The notes: a model not told the origin generated them from the letters alone. 64,000 bases of DNA from Eledone cirrhosa (GCA_964016885.1 OZ024751.1:12710001-12774000); one strand, 5' to 3'. Shown: positions 14,566 through 28,212, counted from the stretch's first letter. Made by a program: numbers and translations.

Positions 14566-14567
<2 letters not shown>

Positions 14568-14747
14568 ACAAAAACAAAAGGTGTGGTAAGATACCAAGTG
14601 GACCATAACGCACCAGAGTACTCGATACTTGGAGTAGTAGAGTGGGTAATAGGAAAAGAGTTATGACCCCGACGGCTGAGCTCCGAACAGGAACTAGCTG
14701 TCGAAACGGCCGGAGCTCAGCCGTCGGGGTCCTGATTCTTTTCCTAT
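14566..14747 (-). mobile_element. Short fold-back element, copy 1 (others at 33651-33822 and 39620-39760)
   Basis: Hairpin 14649-14747 (GACCCCGACGGCTGAGCTCC / GGAGCTCAGCCGTCGGGGTC) plus a shared tail, between (TA)n tracts. Confidence 0.7.
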
Positions 14748-14836
14748 ATATATATATGTATATGTATGTGTATATGTATGCATATGTATATAAATATATG
14801 GGTCTATACATATATGTATATATATATTTTATATAT

Positions 14837-14939
14837 ACAGGGTGTCCAACAAAAATGTATACATTCTTTGATTACCTGTACAGGCAATATGTATTAGAAT
14901 GCTGTCGAATGTGTATACATCTTTTGGGGACACCCTATT

Positions 14940-14981
<42 letters not shown>

Positions 14982-15093
14982 AATACGTCTATCAGAAGGT
15001 GTATATAATATATTAGCATTTTTAAATATCTGTACAGGCAATATGTATTAGAATGCTGTCGAATGTGTATACATCTTTTGGGGACACCCTATT

Positions 15094-15126
<33 letters not shown>

Positions 15127-15243
15127 TACTAAATACGTCTATCAGAAGGTGTATATAATATATTAGCATTTTTAAATATCTGTACAGGCAATATGTATTA
15201 GAATGCTGTCGAATGTGTATACATCTTTTGGGGACACCCTATT

Positions 15244-15274
<31 letters not shown>

Positions 15275-15473
15275 TACTAAATACGTCTATCAGAAGGTGT
15301 ATATAATATATTAGCATTTTTAAATATCTGTACAGGCAATATGTATTAGAATGCTGTCGAATGTTTATACATCTTTTGGGGACACCCTATTTATATATAT
15401 ATATGTGTGTGTGTGTTACTAAATACGTCTATCAGAAGGTGTATATAATATATTAGCATTTTTAAATATCTGT
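14837..15473. repeat. Tc1/mariner-type MITE followed by about 4 tandem units of about 150 bp containing its right half
   Basis: TA-CAGGGTGTCC...GGACACCCT-A at 14837-14937. The unit CTGTACAGGCAATATG...TTTTTAAATAT is repeated four times. Confidence 0.85.
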
Positions 15474-15649
15474 AGTGATGACAAACCTCTCATAATTATC
15501 ATTTACTTATGTATTCCTTCTCAAGTCTCTGAGGACATAAAACGGAGCAGGAATTGACTACACACTTCTACCAAATAACATTAACTCAGACTAAACTAAT
15601 GATAAATTAGAAAAAATTGGAAAAAAAATCAATCAGCTACCAGTATACA

Positions 15650-15941
15650 TTTACATACATATATACATGTGTGTGTCTTTGTTTGTATGAGCACGTGTGT
15701 AAGTGTATATATGTGTATGTATGTATGTATGTGTGTGTATGTGTATGTATGTATATATATGTATATATGTGTGTATGTATGTGTATATATATATATATAT
15801 ATATGTGTATATATATGTGTGTATATATATGTGTATATATATGTATATATATGTATATATATGTGTATATATATGTGTATATATATCTGTATATATATGT
15901 GTATATATATGTGTATATATATATGTATGTATATATATGTG

Positions 15942-15972
<31 letters not shown>

Positions 15973-16001
15973 GTATATATATATATGTGTATATATATAT
16001 G

Positions 16002-16034
<33 letters not shown>

Positions 16035-16545
16035 GTATATATATATGTATATATATATATATGTATATATATGTGTATATATATATATATGTATATATAT
16101 GTGTATATATATATATGTGTATATATATATGTATATATATGTGTATATATATATGTATATATATATGTATATATATATATGTATATATATATGTATATAT
16201 ATGTATATATATATGTATATATATGTATATATATATATATGTATATATATGTGTATATATATATGTGTATATATATATGTGTATATATATGTGTATATAT
16301 ATATGTATATATATGTGTATATATATATGTGTATATATATGTGTATATATATATGTATATATATATGTATATATATATGTATATATATATATATGTATAT
16401 ATATATATGTATATATATGTGTATATATATATATATGTGTGTCTATATATATATATATATGTGTGTGTGTATATATGTATATATATATATGTATATATAT
16501 GTGTATATATATATATGTGTGTGTATATATGTATATATATATATA

Positions 16546-16584
<39 letters not shown>

Positions 16585-16585
16585 G

Positions 16586-16648
<63 letters not shown>

Positions 16649-16675
16649 ATGTGTATATATATATATATATATGTG

Positions 16676-16742
<67 letters not shown>

Positions 16743-16822
16743 GTGTATATATGTATATATATGTGTATATATATATATGTGTATATATATGTGTGTATAT
16801 ATATATATATGTGTGTATATAT
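15650..16822. repeat. (TA)n/(TG)n microsatellite array
   Basis: Direct reading. Confidence 0.95.
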
Positions 16823-17116
16823 AAAAGTGATGTTGATGGTGATGATTAATAGAAAATGCTATTTTCATCATTTCAAAAAGCAAAACAATTGATACGTTGG
16901 ATATGACTATTGGTCGTTAGCATGTTCAACCAGCCGTGACGCTTAAACCAATCAGCTGTAGTAATTCAGTGAAACTACACACTGATTGGTCGAAATACAG
17001 TTTACAGGGCTTTGCATTCTGGAGCCACTTTTCTTTGTATAAAATGTATAAAAGGTAGTAAATTTACCCATCTCATTACAGTTGAAAATTGCAAACTCGA
17101 CTGTCACCACATATCA

Positions 17117-17155
17117 TGAACCTGAAGATTGCGAAAGCATGAAAGTACTTGTTCA
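17117..17155 (+). ncRNA. Type I minimal hammerhead ribozyme
   Basis: TGAAC-CTGAAGA-t-TGC(GAAA)GCA-t-GAAA-GTAC-TT-GTTCA: 5-bp stem I, GAAA-tetraloop stem II, palindromic stem III, CUU triplet. Confidence 0.8.
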
Positions 17156-17399
17156 ATTAACACTTAGAATTTAATATTCTATCATACTATTTCATTATAA
17201 TACCATATTATATATATTTTAAAGGATTGTAAATAAAACGAGTAAATCAGACAAAGTTGGAATTCCTCTTATTAATATGTATATATATATATATGTGTGT
17301 AAATATGATAATAATGGAGCTGCGGCGTTGCAAATGGGTTACATATGAAAAAGTTTGTCCTTCATCAGTGGCCTTCCAACCGTCGTAGGTATTTCATCG

Positions 17400-17460
17400 C
17401 TATATATGTGTGTATATATATGTGTATATATATATATGTATGTGTATATATATGTGTATA

Positions 17461-17493
<33 letters not shown>

Positions 17494-17804
17494 GTATCTG
17501 TATATATGTATGTGTATATATGTATGTGTATATATGTGTGTATATATATATATATATGTATATATGTATATATGGATGTGTATATATGTATCTGTATATA
17601 TGTATATATATATATGTGTATGTGTGTGTATATATGTATCTGTATATATATATGTATATATATATATATATATGTGTATGTGTGTGTATATATGTATCTG
17701 TATATATATACGTATGTATATATATATGTGTATGTGTGTGTATATATGTATCTGTATATATATATGTATATATATATGTGTATGTGTGTGTATATATGTA
17801 TCTG

Positions 17805-17838
<34 letters not shown>

Positions 17839-18126
17839 TATGTGTGTATGTGTGTGTATATATGTATGTGTGTGTATATATATGTGTTTGTGTATATATA
17901 TATGTGTATATATATGTTTATATATGTATATACATATATATATGTATGTATGTATGTATATATTTACATGATGTATGTATATATTTATATATGTATGTAT
18001 GTATATATTTATATATGTATGTATGTATATATTTATATATGTATGTATGTATATATTTATATATGTATGTATGTATATATTTATATATGTATGTGTATAT
18101 ATTTATATATGTATGTGTATATATAT
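17400..18126. repeat. (TA)n/(TG)n/(TATG)n array
   Basis: Direct reading. Confidence 0.95.
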
Positions 18127-18292
18127 ATATTGTTATACTTTGGGAGGGTCATGTTGCCAATAAGAAACACACGCACCAGTTGCTTTCACTTCAATTTATT
18201 ATATATTTATAAATTTACAAATTTACAAATTTACAAACTTATAAATTTCTGGTTGGTTGGTTGGTTCCACAACCAGATAGTGGTTTATATAT

Positions 18293-18337
18293 AGTCATAG
18301 TCCTTTCGTCACACACTCTGTGACCTCTTCAGTGACT
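18293..18337 (-). ncRNA. Type I hammerhead ribozyme (left arm)
   Basis: Reverse complement reads AGTCA-CTGAAGA-g-GTCACA(GAGTG)TGTGAC-GAAA-GGAC-TA-TGACT; CUA triplet. Confidence 0.82.
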
Positions 18338-19020
18338 GGGGATTCCTTTCTTTGTTTCTGTGCCTTTCCTTTCTTCTATCCTACGCCATTTTGTTTCTGT
18401 GTGTGTGTGTTGTGTGCTCAGTTTGCGCATGCGCCACATCCGGGTGTCTGTGTGTGTTTGTGTTCATTTATCTATTTGTTTATTTATTTATTTATTTATT
18501 TATTGTTGGTTGGTTGTTTGTTCTATGTGTGTGTGTGTTTTTATTTTGTCCTGTGTGTGTTTTCATTTTGTCCTTAATTGTAAGTTGTTTGTTCTATGTG
18601 TGTGTGTGTTTTCATTTTGTCCTGTGTGTGTTTTCATTTTGTCCTTAATTGTAAGTTGTGATGTTGCTGTTCCACACACAGAAAAGACGCAATGTTTAGG
18701 CAAATTACAGAGGCAGTAAGCATAAAAGAATTAAAACCAAAATTAAATAGAAAATATGAGTGGAACAGCAACATCACAACTTACAATTAAGGACAAAATG
18801 AAAACACACACAGGACAAAATGAAAAAACACACACACATAGAACAAACAACCAACCAACAATAAATAAATAAATAAATAAACAAATAGATAAATGAACAC
18901 AAACACACACAGACACCCGGATGTGGCGCATGTGCAAACTGAGCACACAACACACACACAGAAACAAAATGGCGTAGGATAGAAGAAAGGAAAGGCACAG
19001 AAACAAAGAAAGGAATCCCC

Positions 19021-19063
19021 AGTCACTGAAGAGGTCAGAGTGTGTGACGAAAGGACTATGACT
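19021..19063 (+). ncRNA. Type I hammerhead ribozyme (right arm)
   Basis: AGTCA-CTGAAGA-g-GTCA(GAGTGTG)TGAC-GAAA-GGAC-TA-TGACT; CUA triplet. Confidence 0.82.
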
Positions 19064-19281
19064 ATATATAAACAACTATCTGGTTGTGGAACCAACCAAC
19101 CAACCAGAAATTTATAAGTTTGTAAATTTGTAAATTTGTAAATTTATAAATATATAATAAATTGAAGTGAAAGCAACTGGTGCGTGTGTTTCTTATTGGC
19201 AACATGACCCTCCCAAAGTATAACAATATCGGTTTCAACGCACGATTTCAGATAAAGAATCTTGCTAAACAAATTCAGAAA

Positions 19282-19283
<2 letters not shown>

Positions 19284-19318
<35 letters not shown>

Positions 19319-19946
19319 TGTATGTGTATATATATGTGTATATATATATATGTGTATGTGTATATATATATATATGTGTATGTGTATATATATATATGTG
19401 TATGTGTATATATATATATATATGTGTATGTGTATATATATGTATGTGTATATATATATATGTGTATGTGTATATATATATATATATGTGTATGTGTATA
19501 TATATATATATATGTGTATGTGTATATATATATATATATGTGTATGTGTATATATATATATATATGTGTATGTGTATATATATATATATATATGTGTATG
19601 TGTATATATATATATATATATGTGTATGTGTATATATATATATATATATGTGTATGTGTATATATATATATATATATGTGTATGTGTATATATATATATA
19701 TATATGTGTATGTGTATATATATATATATGTGTATGTGTATATATATATATATATGTGTATGTGTATATATATATATATATGTGTGTGTGTATATATATA
19801 TATATATGTGTGTGTGTATATATATATATGTGTATGTGTATATATATATATATATATATATGTGTATGTGTATATATATATATATATATATGTGTATGTG
19901 TATATATATATATATATATATGTGTATGTGTATATATATATATATA

Positions 19947-19992
<46 letters not shown>

Positions 19993-20062
19993 GTGTGTGT
20001 ATATATATATATATATAATGTGTGTATATATATATGTTTATATATACGTATATATACAAATA
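19284..20062. repeat. [(TA)n TGTGTATGTG] array
   Basis: Direct reading. Confidence 0.95.
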
Positions 20063-20256
20063 TATGTCCCTCTGTATTCGAAATCACTATGATCTGCTCG
20101 ATGAGGCGGCTGTTGAGGGAGATAGAAGCTTTTGTTCGTTCTTTCTCTGTATTCAGTTGTTTCCCTTTTCCGTCTGCATTTTACTTACTCCATATATCTC
20201 TATATGTATATATACATATATATATATGTATATATACATATATACATATATATATA

Positions 20257-20301
<45 letters not shown>

Positions 20302-20574
20302 AGACATATACGTAATTATATAGACATAAATTCTTAATTTACTTCTGTGAATGAACCTGTAGACAATGGTGCAGTCACAAAAGTCAACAGGGTAAAGTAA
20401 AAGGTAAGAAAGCGTATTGATTGTTGTAAATAGAATAAATAAATTTAATAGCAACAACAAACAACAACAACAACAACAACCGCCTGACAACAACAACAAT
20501 AACAATAGTAGCAACAATGGCACGAAATGAGATGTGAGCTTGTTTGATCGATAAACTACTATAACAGTATAATC

Positions 20575-21595
20575 ATCATCATAACTACCACCACCACCAC
20601 TGACACCAGCACTACCACCACTGACAGCATCAACATCACCACCGACAGAACTACCAAACAATCACCGACACCAACACTAACACCACAAACACTACCACCA
20701 CTACCACCACCAAAACTACTACCACCACCAAAACTACTACCACCAACACTACTACCACCAGCACTACTACCACCAACACTACCACCAGAACTACTACCAC
20801 CAGCACTGCCACCACCAGCACTACTACCACCAGCACTACTGCCACCGACACTACCACCACCGACACTACTACCACCACCGGCACTACCACCACCGACACT
20901 ACCGCCACCGACACTACCGCCACCACCACTACCGATACTACCGCCACCAACGCTACCACCACCGACACTACCGACACTAACAAAACAACCACCGTCTCCA
21001 CCCAACCGCCACCACAGCCTTCACCACCTCCATAACCATCCAACACCACAACCAAAACCACTACCACCGCTTCCATCACCACCGCTACCACCACCACTAC
21101 CACCACCACCGCTACCACCACCACTACCACCACCACTACCACCACCACCACCACCGCTACCACCAACGCTCAATAACAACAAAGCAATAGAGAATGAGGA
21201 ATGAACTTGTTTGATCAATAAACAGCTATAAGTAGAACAAGATAAATATAATCACCACTACTACCACTACTACCATCATCATCATCATCATCATCATCAC
21301 CGTCACCACCACTACTATCACCACCATCATCAGTACCACTACTACCATTATCACCATTACCATCATCATAACCACTACCATCATTACCACCATCATAACC
21401 AGTACCATCATTACCACCATCATCACCATTATCACTACCATCATCATCACCTTCATCATCATTGCCACCACTACCATCATCATCCTTACTACCACTGCCA
21501 TCATCATCATAACTACCATCAGCATCATCACCACTACCACTACTATCACCATCATCAGGATAATCATCATCAATATCATTATCATCATCATAATG
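20575..21595. repeat. (ACC)n/(ACT)n/(ATC)n compound trinucleotide tract
   Basis: Direct reading. Gives spurious poly-G/V/D/M ORFs. Confidence 0.9.
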
Positions 21596-21674
21596 ACTCT
21601 GAACAACGTCAACATCAGCCCCAATGTCAAACAATAACAACAACGTCAACAACAGCAACAACAATCTCAACAAC

Positions 21675-23206
21675 GCTACAATAGCACCAATGTCAACAAC
21701 AACACCTACAATAGCACCAATGTCAACACCTACAATAGCACCAATGTCAACACCTACAATAGCACCAATGTCAACGCCTACAATAGCACCAATGTCAACA
21801 ACAACACCTACAATAGCACCAATGTCAACACCTACAATAGCACCAATGTCAACGCCTACAATAGCACCAATGTCAACAACAACACCTACAATAGCACCAA
21901 TGTCAACAACACCTACAATAGCACCAATGTCAACAACAACACCTACAATAGCACCAATGTCAACAACACCTACAATAGCACCAATGTCAACAACAACACC
22001 TACAATAGCACCAATGTCAACAACAACACCTACAATAGCACCAATGTCAACAACACTTACAATAGCACCAATGTCAACAACAACACCTACAATAGCACCA
22101 ATGTCAACGCCTACAATAGCACCAATGTCAACAACAACACCTACAATAGCACCAATGTCAACAACACCTACAATAGCACCAATGTCAACAACACCTACAA
22201 TAGCACCAATGTCAACAACACCTACAATAGCACCAATGTCAACAACACCTACAATAGCACCAATGTCAAGAACAACACCTACAATAGCACCAATGTCAAC
22301 AACACTTACAATAGCACCAATGTCAACAACACCTACAATAGCACCAATGTCAAGAACAACACCTACAATAGCACCAATGTCAACAACACTTACAATAGCA
22401 CCAATGTCAACAACACCTACAATAGCACCAATGTCAACAACACCTACAATAGCACCAATGTCAACAACACTTACAATAGCACCAATGTCAAGAACAACAC
22501 CTACAATAGCACCAATGTCAACAACAACTACAATAGCACCAATGTCAACACCTACAATAGCACCAATGTCAAGAACAACACCTACAATAGCACCAATGTC
22601 AACAACACCTACAATAGCACCAATGTCAAGAACAACACCTACAATAGCACCAATGTCAACAACACCTACAATAGCACCAATGTCAACAACACCTACAATA
22701 GCACCAATGTCAACAACAACGCAACAATAACACCAATGTCAACAAAAACAACTACAATAGCACCAATGTCAACAACAACACCTACAATAGCACCAATGTC
22801 AACAACACCTACAATAGCACCAATGTCAACAACAACACCTACAATAGCACCAATGTCAACAACACCTACAATAGCACCAATGTCAACAACAACACCTACA
22901 ATAGCACCAATGTCAACAACAACTACAATAGCACCAATGTCAACAACAACACCTACAATAGCACCAATGTCAACAACACCTACAATAGCACCAATGTCAA
23001 CAACAACGCAACAATAACACCAATGTCAACAACAACACCTACAATAACACCAATGTCAACAACAACACCTACAATAGCACCAATGTCAACAACACCTACA
23101 ATAGCACCAATGTCAACAACACCTACACTAGCACCAATGTCAACAACAACGCAACAATAACACCAATGTCAACAAGAACAACTACAATAGCACCAATGTC
23201 AACAAC
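21675..23206. repeat. Minisatellite, 21/24/27-bp unit CCTACAATAGCACCAATGTCA(ACA)n
   Basis: Roughly 60 highly homogeneous units; length varies by ACA triplets. Confidence 0.95.
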
Positions 23207-23312
23207 ATCAATGAAAGTACAGGACCAATACAAAAGAATTTCCTGACGTCTCCATATACAACTATTCACCTGATTTTTTGATAAGGAACAATAAACTACT
23301 CCACATATACCG

Positions 23313-24820
23313 ATTGTTGTTACTGTTGTTGTTACTGTTGTTGTTGTTCCTACTGTTGTTGTTACTGTTGTTGTTGTTGTTGTTCCTACTGTTGTTGTTA
23401 CTGTTGTTGTTGTTGTTGTTCCTACTGTTGTTGTTGTTACTGTTGTTGTTGTTCCTACTGTTGTTGTTGTTCCTACTGTTGTTGTTGTTGTTGTTCCTAC
23501 TGTTGTTGTTGTTACTGTTGTTGTTGTTCCTACTGTTGTTGTTGTTCTTGTTGTTACTGTTGTTGTTACTGTTGTTGTTGTTGTTTTTGTTACTGTTGTT
23601 GTTGTTTTTGTTACTGTTGTTGTTGTTTTTGTTACTATTGTTGTTGTTGTTACTGTTGTTGTTGTTGTTACTGCTGTTGTTGTTTTTATTACTGTTGTTG
23701 TTGTTATTGTTGTTGTTGTTCCTACTGTTGTTGTTGTTACTGTTGTTATTGTTGTTACTGTTGTTGTTGTTTTTATTACTGTTGTTGTTGTTATTGTTGT
23801 TGTTGTTCCTACTGTTGTTGTTACTGTTGTTATTGTTGTTACTGTTGTTGTTGTTGTTCCTACTGTTGTTGTTGTTACTGTTGTTATTGTTGTTACTGTT
23901 GTTGTTGTTTTTATTACTGTTGTTGTTGTTATTGTTGTTGTTGTTCCTACTGTTGTTGTTACTGTTGTTATTGTTGTTACTGTTGTTGTTGTTGTTCCTA
24001 CTGTTGTTGTTGTTACTGTTGTTGTTCCTACTGTTGTTGTTGTTGTTACTGTTGTTGTTGTTCCTACTGTTGTTGTTGTTCCTACTGTTGTTGTTACTGT
24101 TGTTGTTGTTGTTGTTGTTCCTACTGTTGTTGTTGTTACTGTTGTTGTTGTTGTTACTGTTGTTGTTGTTGTTCCTACTGTTGTTGTTGTTACTGTTGTT
24201 GTTGTTCCTACTGTTGTTGTTGTTCCTACTGTTGTTGTTGTTGTTGTTCCTACTGTTGTTGTTGTTACTGTTGTTGTTGTTCCTACTGTTGTTGTTGTTC
24301 TTGTTGTTACTGTTGTTGTTACTGTTGTTGTTGTTGTTTTTGTTACTGTTGTTGTTTTTGTTACTGTTGTTGTTGTTTTTGTTACTATTGTTGTTGTTGT
24401 TACTGTTGTTGTTGTTGTTACTGTTGTTGTTGTTTTTATTACTGTTGTTGTTGTTATTGTTGTTGTTGTTCCTACTGTTGTTGTTACTGTTGTTATTGTT
24501 GTTACTGTTGTTGTTGTTGTTCCTACTGTTGTTGTTGTTACTGTTGTTGTTCCTACTGTTGTTGTTGTTGTTACTGTTGTTGTTGTTCCTACTGTTGTTG
24601 TTGTTCCTACTGTTGTTGTTACTGTTGTTGTTGTTGTTGTTGTTCCTACTGTTGTTGTTGTTACTGTTGTTGTTGTTCCTACTGTTGTTGTTGTTCTTGT
24701 TGTTGTTGTTACTGTTGTTGTTACTGTTGTTGTTGTTTTTGTTACTATTGTTGTTGTTGTTGTTACTGTTGTTGTTGTTGTTACTGTTGTTGTTGTCTTT
24801 GTTGTTGTCTTTGTTGTTGC
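23313..24820. repeat. (TTG)n-based array with TTCCTACTG/TTACTG interruptions
   Basis: Direct reading. Gives a spurious poly-Leu ORF. Confidence 0.95.
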
Positions 24821-26023
24821 TGATAATTTTGTTTTTGTACGTCTTCTTCGCCTTCTTCTTTCTCTTCTTCTTTGCCTTTGCCTTCTTCGCTTCCTTCGTC
24901 TTCTTCTTTACATTCTTCCTTCCTCTTCGCCTTCTTCCTCTCTTCTTTGCATTCTTCTTCTTCTTCTTCTTTTACTTCTTCTCCGCCTCCTTCTTCCTCT
25001 TCTTTGTATTCTTCTAGGATATCGTCATCGTTTTTGTTGTTATTGTTGTGGTTGATACTGATAATGATGATGATGATAGTGTGAATGGTGAAGAGTATGA
25101 CGAGCATGATGGTGGTGATGGTGATTGTTTATATTGATGATGGTGGTGATGTTGAGGATCTTGCTAGTGATGAAGATAGTGACAGTGATCATGTTGTTGA
25201 TGGAGATGATGATGATGATGATGATAGTGGTGACGATGGTGATCATATGTTGATGATGATAGTGATGGTGAACATGATGTTGATTATGATGGTGATAATG
25301 ATGATGATGATGTTGATAGTGGTGGTGATAATGATGATGATGATGTTGATAGTGGTGGTGATGATGATGATGCTGATGATGATGTTGATAGTGGTGGTGA
25401 TGATGATGATGATGATAGTGGTGGTGATGTTGTTCCTCCTGGTTCTTTTAGGGCAGATTGTAAAAAAAAATATTGTATTTTCTTATATTTTATTTATACT
25501 TTTTTTTTATATTTTATTTTTTATATTTTATTTATATTATATTTTATTTTTTATATTTTATTTTTTATATTTTATTTTTTATATTTTATTTTTATTTTAT
25601 TTTTTATATTTTACTTTTTATATTTTTTCTTTTATATTATATTTATATTTTATACTTATTTTTTTATATTTATATTTTAAAATTATTTATGTTTTTGTTA
25701 TTTCTATTTAACATTCGTCTCCGAATGTTATAATTACTTCCTTTGTGCATAAGATTTTTTTGTGTACGTTTGTGTGTTTATGTGTTTATATGCTTGTGTG
25801 TGTATGTTCGTTCATTTGTATCTGTGTTTATGTATGTGTGGGTGTGTGTCTGTCTGTACAGGGTATTTGTTAAAGTCAAAGTGCGTATCTGTCTGTGTAT
25901 ATATATATATATATGTGTGTGGGGGGGGGGGCATTGCATCCGGAGGCAGTCTCGACACTTGCTGCACACAATAGAGAGACACAGTGAGAGTTTCCTATGA
26001 ATACATGAATGTAAGCAGCTATG

Positions 26024-26072
<49 letters not shown>

Positions 26073-26294
26073 CTTTTTATATACATATACATTGTATGTA
26101 TGTATATATATATATATGTGTGTTCTTTTTATATATACATATACATTAAATATATGTATATATATATATATATGTGTGTGTATATATATATATATATATC
26201 ATATATATATATATATGTACTTTTTATATACATATATATTATGTATATATATATATTATATATGTTCTTTTTATATACATATATATGATGTATG

Positions 26295-26326
<32 letters not shown>

Positions 26327-26970
26327 GTTCTTTTTATATACATATACATTAAATATGTGTGTATATGTATATATATCATATATATATATGTTCTTTTTAT
26401 ATACATATATATTATGTGTGTATATATATATATATTATATATATGTTCTTTTTATATACATATACATTAAATATGTGTATATATATATCATATATATATC
26501 ATATATATATATGTTCTTTTTATATACATATATATTATGTGTATATATATATATATTATATCTATGTTCTTTTTATATACATATATATACATACACAAAA
26601 ACATACAAACACAAAAACACACGAACACAAACGTAATCATGTGTGTATGAATGTATGAATGTATGTGTGTATGTGTGTATGGCTGTGTATACACACAGAA
26701 AGTGTATTTATGTGATGATGTCAACGACATAGGCAAAACGAAAAAAAAAAATTCTCAATGAATTGAAAGTTTCCTCTTACATGGGATAAAGAAATTAAAA
26801 CAGAGCGCCATCTGTTTGCATTTTTCGGAGAAAAAGGGGGAGATAATTTCAAGAAATTGAGAATGCATTTTCATAGTAGGCTGCTTTAGATATCAAAAGA
26901 GAGAATGAAATTTCCCTTCTTTCTTATTGTCCTCTGATTTCTATGAACAGCAACAGATATTCTGATGTAT

Positions 26971-27088
26971 ATAATTGTTTCTACTATTGGCACAATGCCA
27001 GTAAATACCCCAGTGCATTACTGGTTTTTTATTTTATCGACCCCCATAAGGATGAAAGGCAAAGTTAACCTAGGCGGGATTCGAACTC
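26971..27088 (-). mobile_element. tRNA-derived SINE, partial
   Basis: Reverse complement of the 13570 SINE body from B-box to tail. Confidence 0.8.
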
Positions 27089-27199
27089 CAGGCTGATATC
27101 TACCAAATGCTAAGTGAATAATATGATCTCTGAAAGTAGAAATTCTTTGCTTAAACTTTAATCTGTACTAATAATGAATATTTGCTTTACGGATTTATT

Positions 27200-27210
27200 T
27201 ATATATATAT

Positions 27211-27273
<63 letters not shown>

Positions 27274-27408
27274 TATATATATATAATATATATATATAAT
27301 ATATATATATTATATATATAATATATATATATATATATAATATATATATAATATATATATAATATATATATAATATATATATATATAATATATATATATT
27401 ATATATAT

Positions 27409-27439
<31 letters not shown>

Positions 27440-27461
27440 ATATATATATATTATATATATA

Positions 27462-27492
<31 letters not shown>

Positions 27493-27602
27493 ATATATAT
27501 ATATATATATAATATATATATATATATATAATATATATATATTATATATAATATATATATATATATATAATATATATATATATATAATATATATATATAT
27601 AT

Positions 27603-27663
<61 letters not shown>

Positions 27664-27736
27664 ATATATATATAATATATATATATATATAATATATATA
27701 TAATATATATATATATATAATATATATATAATATAT

Positions 27737-27770
<34 letters not shown>

Positions 27771-27772
27771 AT
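27200..27772. repeat. Pure A/T (TA)n array with AA/TT phase shifts
   Basis: Direct reading. Confidence 0.95.
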
Positions 27773-27875
27773 GCAAAAGTTATATTTAATTTGTTGGGAT
27801 TCAACTATCCAGAGAACCTTCAACCGTCAAGGTTGTTTTTCCGCGGGTATGTCAACATTTATAAAATAAATTTTG

Positions 27876-27941
27876 TATTTTATCTGATGAAAGCGCACCA
27901 AAATTTGCCTTGGTTGCCCTTGAAATATATATAATAAAATA
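27876..27941 (+). ncRNA. Type I hammerhead ribozyme with long stem II
   Basis: TATTTTAT-CTGATGA-AAGCGCACCAA..TTGGTTGCCCTT-GAAA-TATATA-TA-ATAAAATA: 8-bp stem I, AUA triplet. Downstream tail shared with the 33285 copy. Confidence 0.78.
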
Positions 27942-28044
27942 ATTATGGTTTTATAAATATAGTTTCCATTTATTAATATATATATATATATATATAATTC
28001 TTATCGAGCCCTATTCGATGGGTCACGTTCACTTAAAAATAACA

Positions 28045-28212
28045 ATAATTGTTTTTACTTTTCGCACAAGGCCAGTAATTATCACAGTGCATTACTGGTA
28101 CTTTATTTTATCGACCCCGTAAGGATGAAAGGCAAAGTTAACCTCGGCAGGATTTGAACTCAGACCATAAAGTGCCGTAACTACAAAGCATGGCGTCCGA
28201 CCCTCTACCGAC
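28045..28212 (-). mobile_element. tRNA-derived SINE
   Basis: Reverse complement of the 13570 SINE, lacking the first 15 nt or so. Confidence 0.85.

Larger units (their letters stand above)
18127..19229. repeat. Long inverted repeat (arms 18127-18675 and 18760-19229), hammerhead in each arm
   Basis: Arms are near-exact reverse complements. The left arm has an extra internal duplication of about 70 bp. Spacer is 84 bp. Confidence 0.92.

Noticed and set aside
17345-17380. CTGATGAAGGAC on minus strand
   Set aside because: No closing stem II or GAAA.
20559-21673. Gly/Ser-, Val- and Asp-rich ORFs
   Set aside because: Trinucleotide tracts open in multiple frames, with no domain or splice support.
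21624-23017. Mucin-like TIAPMST-repeat ORFs
   Set aside because: Homogeneous minisatellite with almost no synonymous variation, in-frame TAA in variant units, and no signal peptide or clear exon boundaries. It is not a CRISPR array either, as there are no unique spacers.
23278-25017. 579-aa poly-Leu ORF
   Set aside because: (TTG)n-derived repeat.
26800-26820. CTCF-like GCGCCATCTG motif
   Set aside because: A single partial match, expected by chance.
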